64,000 bases of DNA from Cirrosporium novae-zelandiae (taxonomy: Eukaryota), in assembly GCA_026023565.1 (NCBI GenBank), contig JAPETS010000010.1, forward strand, positions 1 through 64,000, written 5' to 3'. The notes under the pieces were generated by a model. It ran no database searches and had not been told where the DNA came from. It worked only from the letters and a program-made list of their open reading frames with translations. Of this stretch, positions 35,999-48,509 are shown in pieces (the first letter of the stretch is position 1; each line of letters opens with the position of its first letter). A program made the position numbers and the translations under genes.

Positions 35999-38022
35999 TT
36001 AAAGTTTCGCAACTGGAGTATCCTTCCTCTTCCTCTTCCCCTCCTCACCACCGGTACCATTCCCACCCTCCTCCTCCCTCTCCTCCTCCCTAATTTTACT
36101 CTCCCTAGCCTTCACGTTCCTCCCCCCTTCACTCTCCCTCTCCTCTCTAGCCCCCTTACTCTCCCCACTCTCTCCGCCAGTACTAGATCGATCCCTAGAT
36201 CGATCCAATACCCACATGGCAACTTCATTCGCGAAGGTTATTTTGTCGTTATTTGGTTCTGCGTGTACTGTGTTTTGGATGGTTAGTAGGGAGTTGATTT
36301 TTTTGACTTTTGGGGGGGGGGGAGCGAGAGGGGACATGAAGGGGTTGATTTTGGGATGGGGGTGGGTTTTCCTCCTTGTGAATGATAGAGGAGGTGGGGA
36401 GAAGGGATGCATGTGTTTTCTTTTTCCTCTTTTTTCTTTCCGGGGGTGGGGCGGGAGTTATGGATGTCAGGATGTAAGCAAGTAAAGGTGTAAACATGCA
36501 AAAAAACGTAAGGATGTAAGGGAGGTATGTTGATGTCAGAAGAACACTAATACCAGTGTGACCAATCACTAGGGCTCTTAGGAATCGAACTAAACCTAGT
36601 ATTTATGGCATCCAACATGTATGCGTGTATGCATGTGTGTATATGTAAACATGTAAAAATCTAACGATGTAACATAACCGACCTAGAGTTGGCTACTTCC
36701 ATCAAGTATCGGTTTGCTCCCAAGTTTCCAGCTCCGGATCTCTTGTGCCAGAGACCGAATTTTAGTGAAATGACCAACTCTAGGTTAGTTATGTTAGGGG
36801 TAGGTAGGTAGGTTATTATGAAGTGACTATGTGTGTAGGGATGCATGCAATAAAGAGGGAGAGAGGTGTAAATGCCTCATCCCCAAAAATGCACTTCTTA
36901 ACCACGAAACGGAAAGCAGCACAACCCCCCCAAAAAAAAGAAAAAAACTCACACTTATGAAACCACCCCTCAAACTCTCTCAAAGTCCAATCCCTCGCCC
37001 CACGCTTCACCCCCCTCTCCACAAATCTCCTACTGGCCTCCACACTCGTAACCCTATCCCCACTCCCATGCCCAATCCACAAACTAACCCCCGTCCCCAC
37101 AACAACGTCCCCCCGATCCAACCTCGCCGCCCTGTCCAACAACCCCGCCAACCCCTCCAAAGAAACCGCATCATAATTCCACGGATCCCTCTCAAACTCC
37201 CTCACCACATTCTCATCCCTCGACATATCCTTGGGACTTAATTTTGACTTGAGTTTCCGCTTGGGGAAGAGACGGGCGGCGAGTTTTCCAAGGAGGACTT
37301 TTAGCCAGGGGGGTTCTGCCGCTGGGGGGAAGGCGATGTGAGGGCTTTCACAGAGGAGGCCTCCGAGGGCGGAGATGGTTTGGGGGGGCCCGTGAGCGAA
37401 GAAGTGCAGGGCTAGTTGGCCGCCCATGGAGTGACCCATGAGGAATAGGGGAAGGGGGGAGGGCAGGTGGGATTGGATGAAGGAGTTTATGTCGGATAGG
37501 ATTTGTGGGGTTGTGCCGATGTTTCCTTGCGAGGCGAGGGTGGGGGCTGAGCGGCCCCAGCCACGTTGGTCGAAAGTGTGGACGAGGATTTTGTGTGCGC
37601 AGAGGGTTGGGAAGAGGGTGTAGTAGGCGTTGCCTGTTAGAAAAGAAAGGAGAGGGGAAAGGTTAGTTTGGGGGGTTGTTCCTTGTACTTGTTCTTGTCT
37701 TGTCCTGTCCTTGGAGCATATAGAGGATGGGACATATAAAAATAAATACTCACAATGATCACAAAACCCATGTAAGAATATAACAATAGCAACAGGTGGC
37801 TCGGATGGCTAAAAAACGAACCGAAAAAAATTATAACAGTCCTGATTTTGTTCCCAACAACAATAACAACAACAAATGCATTCTAAGAAAAGAAAAAAAG
37901 GAACCAAAAGGGATTTGATTGATTGATTGATTTGGACTTGAGTTACAGACCCGCCATGTTTTTGTATAGAGCTTCACGCCATCTGGCAGAACATGCTGAC
38001 CTTCCTCCTCTGTGAAAGACAT
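35999..38022 (-). CDS. Alpha/beta hydrolase, monoglyceride lipase/Yju3-like, 4 exons; last intron 36952-36268
   Basis: DGVKLYTKTW, FLHGFCDH, FDQRGWGRS, GHSMGG nucleophile elbow, HGSGDRVT, WFHK|LHAEP across the splice. Confidence 0.9.
36670..36796. repeat. 127-bp inverted-repeat element (MITE-like or RNA hairpin) in the hydrolase intron
   Basis: TAACATAACCGACCTAGAGTTGG / CCAACTCTAGGTTAGTTATGTTA, 21 of 23 complementary, extendable to about 44 bp; TA at both ends. Confidence 0.7.
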
Positions 38023-40520
38023 TTTTCTTTTGGGTGGGGGTTTGGAGTAAAGAATTAATGAATGAATGGGGGATGAGGGATTTGATAAGTTTGATTGGAA
38101 CAACGATGAGCTTTTTCTTTCCTTTTGTTTTTAACAAACAAGGACAAGGACAAGGACAAGGGCTTCACGGCTGTGTTTTTTTTGTTTTTTATGAGCAAAG
38201 CCTCCCTGTCTACTTTAAATGACATGTGGTCTGGTGGAGCAGGCATTTTCCATGCATGTTAATTATCTGGACTACGCGTGTCTGCCCGCCTTTTCCGAGG
38301 TTCATCTGCTGTACTGTACTGTACTGTACTTTCAATAACCCACAGGAAATATTACCAATTACTTCCAAAAAAACAGAAAACAAAAGAAAAAAAGAGCACT
38401 TTCCCTTCATTCAAGCCTTACGTCAATCAAATCCCCATTTTCATGAAACTTTGCCTTTCTTTGTTTTTTTCTTTTTTTTCGTCCACCGTTGTAACCTCGG
38501 GGACTTCTTCATGTCCGTTAGCAAATTACCCCACAAAACCTTCCCAAACGCCCACACGCCGCCGCCGCCCTACAGCCAATCCCACGTCATCAAGGAAAAT
38601 TCAAGTCACCGAGCTTCTGGGTTCTCCCGTCGAACCCTAAACTTTAATGCGGTCCTTTAATTTCTCTGGGGGTGATGGGGAAGTTATTTTCTTGTGTGGG
38701 GAAAGTAACGGTGGGGGAGAGATGGTTTTGTATAAGATTTTCATTGTGGGGGAGGGGGGGTAGTTAATTGCTTGTCGACTCTGGAGTTCGGGGTTCTGAG
38801 TAGGTTGTGTTTTTCTTTCAGCACGACTAATCACCTTGACTATGAGAAAGCCACCCATAGGTCACAGTACAACAGATCAATGAGGTTCCATTCACTATCC
38901 TTCCCCTGGTACGCCGTTTCTCCTATTTCATGGCCTTAATTTGCACTGTTTAAAGTGTGGTTTTGGCACATCAGCTAACAATATCCTCATTCAGCGCCCG
39001 TCTAGCCTCCTCGTTACCTTCCTCATCACCACGCTCCCTGTGGAAAACAATTGCTTTCCTATCACACGAGAGCCGCCATCGCAATCAGGTGAGCCAAATG
39101 CGAAGCACAATAACAGTGAGTGGAGTAGCCGCTGTAGGCAATATCTACTCCTTGCTAGAGACATGGACGTTCTTACTACTAAAATTAAAGAAATATAGTG
39201 CTGAGTAGGGACTCTAGCTTGGTATATATAGCTAGCCAGTCTCGGTCAATCAATTTTTGAGTTCTGGAGACCTTTGGGTAGGAGGTGTTGGCCCATCTTT
39301 ATTAGTTTTGATCCATCCTTGTTGGTTAAAAATACTCACCGAAACAAAGCTATGAAATATTCCAGCATCTGCTAGAAACAATCTGCATAAACTCTAGGTG
39401 TATTTCAAAATCGAATAATTTCGAGGAGAGAATACCAGCTTTTGGACATCTGGTGGCGACGTCGACATGTCCATGATAACTTATTTCCTCCCTGCTCCAT
39501 GTTAGAATACTACTTGGTTGGTTTAGGGGTTACTCCCACAAATGATACAAGGAGATTGCATCGCCCAAGCACTTACTGCTGTCATGTCGTTATTATCTTA
39601 TCAGCTACCAACCAGGTCATCCAGATAGAACATTACAACTGCTTCAGACATGTTCAGACAAAAAAGTAGGTTTATGAATCGTCAGGGTTGCTCTCATAAT
39701 CAATTAAAAGAAACCAGATAGAAACTACAAGGTAATTTATAGAAAAAAAACTCTAGCAAAGCTTTATTATTATCTCTCTGACGATACTATTCTATTATCT
39801 TTGTTTGAGCCTGCGAACCCAATAGATGTTAGGGTATAAACCCTAACCCCGCACGCGCCACGGCACGAGTACAAAAGCTCTGAGAATACTTTCGAAAGTA
39901 CCTAAGTAATTAGCTTGTAGGGAGAATAGTCTAATCAATCATACATTTCCACAACAATAGAAGTGATTCACCCATCATATTATTCTTAATTTCAACCACG
40001 TCCACCTTGGGCCATCGAACTAAGACTCTCGTTCCTTGAAGGCTTCCAACTCTACTTGACAATCTGTGGATATTGAATTTTGAACATCTCATGACTAATA
40101 AATTAATTAGTCCTTGATATGATGCTGTAAACACAAGCGTGACAGGTTACCCAGATAGCTCTACGCATTGGAATCAAGAATGTAGGACAAGTATGAGGTA
40201 ATAACACAATAGTGCATGAATGAATTCTAAACTTCAGTCCTCGAAAAGACTGCAGTTTGAAACTATAGAGACAACCTGTGTCAAATGAATAACTCCAAAG
40301 ACAACCCTTCATCTGGATCTCATAGAGTGAAGAAAAAAAAGAGATAGACTAAAACATCAAAGATTCCCCGTCCCACCAAACACCTACCTTCACTACCGCC
40401 AACCACGTAGAAGCATTCATTCCCACGCCAGTTAATCTCGGATTTTCCAAGCGGCACAAGTACACAGCGAAGAGGAAAAGACGAAACAAAGTCAAGATCA
40501 TGATTGAAGAATGTCATCAT

Positions 40521-42915
40521 TCAACTCTTCTTATCCCGTGATTGTGGCCCAAAATCAACCTCAACTACCTTCCGTTCTTTCTTGCTTTTGACCGAAAACT
40601 CCGCTAACAATGCTAGATGATCACTAGGGAAATGGTCGTTTGGAAAGCCAGGTACTCGTTGAAGATATTCCGGATCTACTTCTCCAAGCAATGCCGTGAC
40701 CTGCAATGCATTGGTCGAATACCATATATAATCAATAACATCTGTAAATCCTGGCGTGTAATTCGTAAAGGGCAGTTCACCGATATTTCCATACGAAGAT
40801 TTCAAATTAAGAGGATGTGAAATTCCGTCTCGGGTGAAACTACCATAGGTCCACCTTTCTAGATCGGGATGAGTATTAGGAACATAACCTTGGGATAATA
40901 ATTGATAAACGCCGGAATCACGGGTGGAGTTGAAATCACCACATATCACAAGAGGGATTTGGGAGCCCAGGGAATATTCAAGAGATGGCCCAGGTTCGGG
41001 AAGAGGTTCTGGAGGTGTGATTGGTGTCGAATCATCACTTTGCTCTGAAAATCGAATGGCTACTTTGTCTGTACACGCCGGATATTTAGCATATTTGCTT
41101 GCCAGCTTTGCAACCTGTTCCATAAGAATTGCTGTCTGGACCAATTTCACATCTTCAAACGATGGATCCCAGAAAATGTGAACATTCACAACAATCAATC
41201 GTGATCCCGTTACCCGATTTTCGAGAAAGGCAACTACAGCAATGTTGTCCCGCGGCATAACCCGGTTAAATATGTCATGTTCTCCCTTCATGTCCGGTCG
41301 GTTGATAGCAGTATTGGCAAAATCAATGACCTGCTTATCCAACATAATAAATTTGCTTGATTTGTAGAATGTTGCACATCCATCAACCGCCTTTGCTTCC
41401 TTTTCACCCATCGTTCGGGCTCTTGACTTGGGCCAAAAAATACCTTTATAGTCGCTGTAGGCCAACTCCGGCCGAAAGTACTCGTTGAAGCTGTCCATGT
41501 CGACCTCTTGAAGACAAACAACATCTGCATCCCTGTCTTTCACCTCGTTTAATATGTTCTGCTTGCGGAAGTCCCACGACAGATATTTGGAAGCTGTGTA
41601 GCCATATTGATTCGTAGTAGCATACTTGTCGCACAAGGTATTGTAATTGAGGAGCGAGAATTTGTCCGGAGGTGGTCCGCTTGGAGGTACTGGGGTATCA
41701 TCGAGAATTATCCAGTCACGGTCTGAAGGAGGGACGTGTACTAGAATAAGTTAGAAGTAATAATTTCAAGTACCAATTACCCTTCGACTTACCATTTGCA
41801 TTTTCACGCAACCAGGTAATTAATCCCTTTGTCCCTTCGTCCATTATCTGTCTCCTAACGCCATCTTCAAGAGGATTCCCCTCTATGCCCAGGAGTTCAA
41901 GCCGATGCAAAGAGCCTAGTTCATCTGGTAAAGAACGTATATTGTTGTCAACAAGATTGAGCGTTCGTAAGTTCGTAAGCATACCAATTTCCTGCGGAAG
42001 CTCGGTGATATTGTTGTGGGAGACGTCCAATACCTGAAGGTTTGATAGGCGGCCAATAAAAGGAGGCAATTGGGTGAGCTGGTTGTAATTAAGGTAAAGC
42101 TTCTCTAGTCGAGCATAATTGAAGAAGAGGCTCTCAGAGACAACCCGCAGCTGGAGACCACCGAAATCGAGACCATCTAAATAGCAAGCCTGTGATTTTT
42201 GAGATTTGGAAAGATTATTTACTCTGATCGGACGTTCCTGAGGTTCTTGTTCTTCCCGATCCCCGTTTGTCTGACGATCTTGCTGGAGCTTGGTTGGGGT
42301 CTCACGTTTGGCGTGATAATGTCTCTCTTGAGCAGATCTCGATTCTACAGCTATCTGCTGTTGCTGCTGCCAATGTTCAGTCATTTGAGATTCATCCAAG
42401 TCTTCGTGTGCACTGTTTGGGGTTCCGTTCTGAAGGTGCATGGACGTGAAATGCGGTGTTGTCGACGAAAGCCCGCCGGAAGAAAATGTATGATGGTGGG
42501 TGAGATTTCCGCTGTGGGCTGTGTGAAGTGCATGGCCATGATGTTGTTGCTGGTGTTGAGGTTGCGGCTGTTGATGGTGATGCTGTTGGGTATGGTGGTT
42601 TTGGTGATTCGGCTGGTGGTGTTTGGAGGTCAAGTTGATAGGAAGACCGCCGAATCTGTACGGATGATTGCCGTTCAGCAACGGATGCTGGCTTTGTTGA
42701 TGATTTTGACTGTACATGTTGTAGGCGGGAGAATGTGATATGGGCGATCGCGTGGGTGAAGGAGTGTCGCTACTGAATCCTCCAATTCGTCCGTTGCTAA
42801 CTGGTGAACCATTCCGAGTCAAATGTTGTTGCTGTTGCCGTTGATGATTTTGTTGAGTTTGGTAGTAATATTGTCCGGCCCCTGTTTGCTGGAACCGATA
42901 GGTACCATCCGCCAT
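40521..42915 (-). CDS. ccr4: Ccr4 mRNA deadenylase (CCR4-NOT subunit); intron 41792-41741
   Basis: Q/H-rich N-terminus, LRRs (LEKLYLNYNQL, LQVLDVSHNNI), EEP domain (CLQEVD, DGCATFYK, CGDFNS, IDYIWY, FPSDH). Confidence 0.96.
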
Positions 42916-44031
42916 CTAACGCGGCGGCAGGAGGTGAGGGGGAGCTTGGCCCGTAGAAGGAATATTGTGGAGGATCTGAGGGGAGAGTCCGAAAAGAGGT
43001 TGTATTCTTAGTGGGGTCTGAGGCTGTCTCAATGGTCTTCGCTTTTTCAACATGGGAGAAAGAGAGACCACAGACACTCCTCATTAACTCGGGTCTTGCC
43101 GAACCGCTCAGGTGTATACCAAACTCGACGAGGGCCTTCCGCGGTTGGTTAGGATGAGGCTAGATATAGATCTTCGAGGGTGGGTTTGAAAGGTGAGACT
43201 GAGGGCAAAGATTAAGCGAACTGTAAACAGTTATCGAAATATATTAGTATCATGGATAGAATAATTGGTGGTAGAAATCCTGTTTACCAAAGAATCCTGC
43301 CGAACAATATCTGTTTTAGTACTGATGTGTTTGCGGCGGGGGTGTTGAAGGTTTTGAGGCACACCAGTCTTGTATCGGGAGGAGATGGTTGGACGGATTG
43401 ATTTATGATGCGTGAATAGAAATGGACAATAACCAGTAGCGAAATGGAAAGTAGCGATGGTAGTGGTGCTTAGTTCTTCAAAACTCAAGAGCCGACTGTG
43501 CATGAATTCGTGAATCGCCATCAATGTTGGAGAGGTCGAAGCCGCCAGTCGAAGCAGGCTTGGCGCCGATGCACGTGACCAAGTACCTTTTTTTCATTTT
43601 TACTGTCACTCGGGTTGGTACACGTTGGGTTGGTATAAAATACTTGGAATCATCATCTGCCCCCTGGTATTTTGGTATTTTGGTATTTTGGTATTTATGT
43701 ATTTTTTATTGCAACATATATCTACCACAGAACCATTGAACTCTACTTGATAATCAATCCTCTAAGGAATGACAACTCAACTTGAACTACCTCACTCTAG
43801 CCTTAAGGTTATTCCACCACATAGTAGTGCAAGATTCTTCGGCCGAATACAGTTACAGAATACACTGTTACGGAATACACCCACACACATATGATACGAG
43901 ATCAGGACAGATGGTCCAAAGTATAAATACCAGATTTGGGATAAATAACTTTTTTGGATGTTTCAACCCCCTATCTATGGAGCCTCTTGCCTCGAAGATA
44001 AAGAAATCTTTGGATAATTAGCAAATGTCCC

Positions 44032-44272
44032 CCACGAACACCAATTTTAGGGGGCTCCTAAGCTTGTCCATGTGCCTTTGCGGCTTTCCGGGATGACCTT
44101 GCTACACTCGTTAGCTCTTCGCATTATAGAGCCCTTCTCAAGAGCCCATGTCCCTCCGATATAACAACAGCACCCACTCACATCGAGTCTTTGAGCTGAT
44201 GTCTCTACTCAAACACCTATGACATCTAAGGAATTACAATAGGGCCGGGAGCCCCTCCAAATTAAGTCGTGG
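44032..44272. mobile_element. Possible decayed MITE upstream of the SDR gene
   Basis: Imperfect terminal inverted repeats CCACGA..AATTTTAGGGGGCTCC and GGAGCCCCTCCAAATT..TCGTGG. Confidence 0.3.
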
Positions 44273-44588
44273 TCAATGCAATCCATAATCTATGCAATGG
44301 AGATCATTAAAACATAGCTTCTCCGCCTCTTCAGATCAGTCCACCTTATCTGTTTAGGCTACGGTAAGCAGCAACGGTCGCACTGAACTGACGCATTCAC
44401 CATGGCTAAACAGGATCGGTAAAATCGGTCGCAATGTTACTAATGTCGATATTTCAATATAAAATCTTCTACGATCGAATCCTTTCGTTCATTCCATCTA
44501 AAGTCTGACGGTACTCTTCATCCATGCGTGGTTGATATCTACTATCTCCCCTCCTCAACCAAACCCAATTCGAGAGCCTATCAATACG

Positions 44589-45412
44589 ATGATTTCCCTA
44601 GAAGGAAAAACTGCTATCATAACTGGAGGTGCTGGTGGATTGGGAAAAGCCATCGCACACGCTTTCGTCCTCGCAAAAGCCAACGTCGTCATCTGTGATA
44701 TCAATATTGATCGGCTACAGAAAACGGAAAAAGAGTTGTCGTCATTTGGCGCCATCGCCGGCATCGAGGCCGACGTCACGTCTGAAGATGCGGTGAAAGA
44801 TTTATTTGATGAGTCAATCGCAAGGTTTGGTCGGATCGATATTGTCGTCAACAATGCAGGAATTATGGATCACTTTGACCCTGTGGGGACCACCGAGAAA
44901 ACAGTCTGGGATCGAGTCCTGGCTGTAAATCTTACAGCTCCATATCTTATAAGTAAATTTGCGGTGGAACACATGTTGACTCGTCAGTTTACGAGTGGGG
45001 TTATTTTGAATGTAGGGTCAGTGGGCGGTGTGAGGGGATGGGCAGCGGGTATGTCCTAGGAATATATTAAAGTTGCATACAAAATTAACAAATACAAGGG
45101 GCCGCATATACCGCCAGCAAACATGGACTGGTTGGATTGACCAAGAATACGGCAGCCTTCTACTCTAAAAAAGGAATTCGATGCAATTTGATTCTTCCTG
45201 GTGGAATGCTGACCAAGTTTGGAGAGGGAGAAACGTTTCAGGCTGGTCCAAACCATGAAGGTTATCACCTCATGGAATTAGCAGCTGCGATGGAACCCGA
45301 TCGATCTGGATTAGAAGAGATGTCAAGTCTTTGCCTGTATCTCTGTTCTGATCAGTCATCTGTGGTGAATGGAGCGGTCATCTCTGCGGACAAAGGTTGG
45401 ACATCTTACTGA
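44589..45412 (+). CDS. Classical short-chain dehydrogenase/reductase, 1 intron
   Basis: TGGAGGLG, NNAG, NVGS, YTASK catalytic YxxxK after splicing, IRCNLILPG. Confidence 0.92.
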
Positions 45413-45739
45413 CATGCTTGCATGGCATACCTCCTGCAGCCGAAGTGAGCTCAACGCTGCTCAAGGTTATATAGAAATGATTCTTGTTCGGAGGATGTTG
45501 CTTGCGGAGCATTTGATATTTAGAAAAGGCTTTTGCAGGGGTGCTGATACCATCATAGACTATGTTTAGCGTTTGAAATTGATTATTCAAGGAGCAGTTT
45601 TTACTATCACGAATTCCTGGAGTCATCTTGCAACGACAAAGAGTTACTTGTATAGTCTGCCTGTATACTGGTATCGACCTAGTTTTCTCTAGTGAAGACT
45701 ACGTTCCTGTTACCTAAACCCTAACATGGGAAAATAGTC

Positions 45740-45990
45740 ATGGCTGCAAATATGGATCTATTCCCGAAGGTGCCCCCGAACTCGTGCTGATAGTGATCGA
45801 CTTCCCCAAAGATGACTTTTCCGCCCTCTTCAGCTTCAGACAAGCGAGTCAACGGTGCTACAAAATTCTATCTCTAAAAATCCATAGAGCAATTCATTGA
45901 GTTCATTGAGTATTTACTATTCATTGAAAAGAGGCCCGCTCTCGCTTCCAACAATCTTGCTAACACTATCAAGTACTTAGGGTCCCACAA
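45740..45990 (+). pseudogene. F-box protein pseudogene; fragments may extend to about 47400
   Basis: MAANMDLFPKVP/PELVLIVIDFPKDDFSALFSFRQASQRCYKILSLKIHRAIH*; F-box pattern needs one extra base in the C5 run at 45773-45777; stop soon after. Confidence 0.6.
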
Positions 45991-47523
45991 TCGCTTTTCT
46001 AACTAAACAAATTCACCCACGTCTACTATGTGCGCTTGCGTCCAGCTTCAAAGTTCATAAGCTATAACGTCCTTTTCCAAATCAGATTCCACATGCTAGG
46101 AGAACCAGAGGACACCTAGTATACCCCCGTTTCTGCCGTTATTACACCATTAAGAAGAGGCTATTATTACCCCCTCCCCCCATATTGATGAGGGGTTAAC
46201 AAAACATGATTAGAAATCTGAATCAAGTTCATCCGTCCAACTAGAGGGAGTTCGTTTTTGGAAGAGGGTATTAGCACCTTAATACGGGATGTCTTGGCCC
46301 GACAGGAAAGATTGTTGGATGGCAAGGAAAGGAAAGGAAAGGAAATGGATTCCCTTCTAGCTACACTCTTTTGTATTTCAATTCCACAAACAATGTTAGG
46401 GATTAGGCTTTTAGTATCGCAACCAGGAGATATTTAGGTATGAGGAGATCATACATATATATACGTACACTAACATTTTAAAGAGCCAAAAAAAACCATC
46501 ATTTTAAATTATAATAGTCCGGTCGTCATGTTTAATTTCATTTTTCAAAATATGAGATATGATAAGATAAGATAATCCGGATAAATGCAAAAGTTACTTA
46601 TCTCCAGTAGCTTTTACCCCGGAAACTCATCAAAGTACTATCCCAGTCTAATCCAATACGCCCACTTCCACATACCCACTCTGATCATGCTCATGATCCC
46701 AAGGTCTTTTTCCGCATCTCAAATCCTGAAAGGGAAAAAGGTCATGTCTCTGTGTTCTCTACAAGTTACTTGTATGAAGGAGACATGTGTACAGTACAAT
46801 GGTGAAGCCATTTTGTGTCCAAGCGGATTTAGGATCTAGGTCCTTCAGAGATGCAACAAATTCGTCATCTTGGTATACGCAGCAGGATCACAATGCTGTT
46901 GCTATATTTTTTCGAAAGGTCAGCAGTTATTTATTATAAACTTACTTCTTTAAAAGCTCAGAGTTAGGGGCTGATGACTTTCCATGTTTACTAGAGAAAT
47001 TGCAGTGGTGCTCTAATATAATGTTAAGACTACATGCCTCGGTAGTCTAAAAGAATCGAACTATGAGCACGAATACCTTGTGGAAGGTTATGTGATTATA
47101 GATGCAGTTATCTTTTATTACTGCCTGGATGACGGCGACGGTCTCGGTAGGTCAAGGGATGATATCAAGGAATACACATTGACAATCCCATTGACTGAAA
47201 AATACCCTGATATAGACTGCAGAAATGCCTGGGTGATGATGCTTCTGGGTATGTTCCGGGGGAACTACCCGAGGATGAGACTGTTGGATAGCAAGTCCTT
47301 CTGGATATTCCACGAACTATGTACTACAGCATACAAACCCCGTTTTACTTTATTCGTCAGTGTGACGATTGAGTCATCTAGGGCCTTATCGATGAGCAAA
47401 GCTTTATTTCTTCAAGTATCCCTACACCACTTTGACACATACTCCAACTTTTTCATATAGCTATAGCTCACCAACCAACGGTCGGTATATCAAAGCTTAT
47501 TTACATGTCCAGCCAATCCCTCA

Positions 47524-48509
47524 TCACCGAATGAAACTCCAATCCTTCTCTACCCCATCTGAAGTCACGCTCTTTATCACATCCTCCCACTCCTTAAAGT
47601 CTTTTTCAATACCCTCCATATCCGTCCTCATCATCTGTAACACAGTCTCCTCCATCGGCAGCCTCAACGGCAAGGGCTTATCCCCTTTCCTCGCAACTAC
47701 TTTAAAAATAACCCTAGCCACCTTTACGGGCTCCACAAACGTCTCCCTAGCCTTCGGGTCTCCAAGAAACTTTACCAGCGTATTATACGGGCACCTCTCA
47801 TCACCCTCATAAGCCGGATGTCGCAGGAGCACCACCGAATTCCCTGCAAACGCCGACTTCATATTCCCAGGCTCCACAATCAGCATCTCAATATTCCATT
47901 CGGGGTTCATCTCCCTAGAAATACACTCCGTCATCCCCTCTAGTGCAAATTTACTCGCACTGTACACCGAACCCCCGGGAAATCCCATCCAGCCACCCAG
48001 ACTGGTGACCTGCACCACCGTTCCCCCCTCACCCTTCGGATTATCCTCGCGAAACACCCTTAACGCCTCCTTGGTCAGATTCAAAGGTCCCCAGAAATTG
48101 GTCGCAAACTGTGCTTCCGCCTGTGCGAGGGGAATGGCTTCAAAGTCGCTTAGAACCCCATAGGCGGCATTATTGACGAGGACGTCGAGACGGCCAAAAG
48201 CCGAAATCGTAGCTGCAATTGCTGCTTTAATCTGTGAGAGCGAGGTCACGTCTAGGCGGAGCTTGAGGATGTTGGGGCTGGACGGTAGGAAAGAAAGCGT
48301 GTCTGGGTTGCGCGCTGTGGCTACGAGACGGTGGCCAGAGTTTGCGATTGTGGTTGCGAGAGCCGCTCCTATGCCAGAGGAACAGCCGGTTACTGGAAGT
48401 ATCTCAATATCAGCATACACATCCACGAAACAATTCAGATTATATATATAAAAGGGAACCCACCAAACCAAACCGCATCCGCAGAAAGATTCTTCTTCGT
48501 CGCCGACAT
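47524..48509 (-). CDS. Classical short-chain dehydrogenase/reductase, 1 intron near the 5' end
   Basis: MSATKKNLSADAVWF|VTGCSSGIG, LVNNAAYG, YSASKFALEG, VEPG. Confidence 0.92.

Noticed and set aside
44351..44373. TAGG...AGCAG resembling SRP RNA helix 8
   Set aside because: No GNRA-capped stem can form between the motifs.
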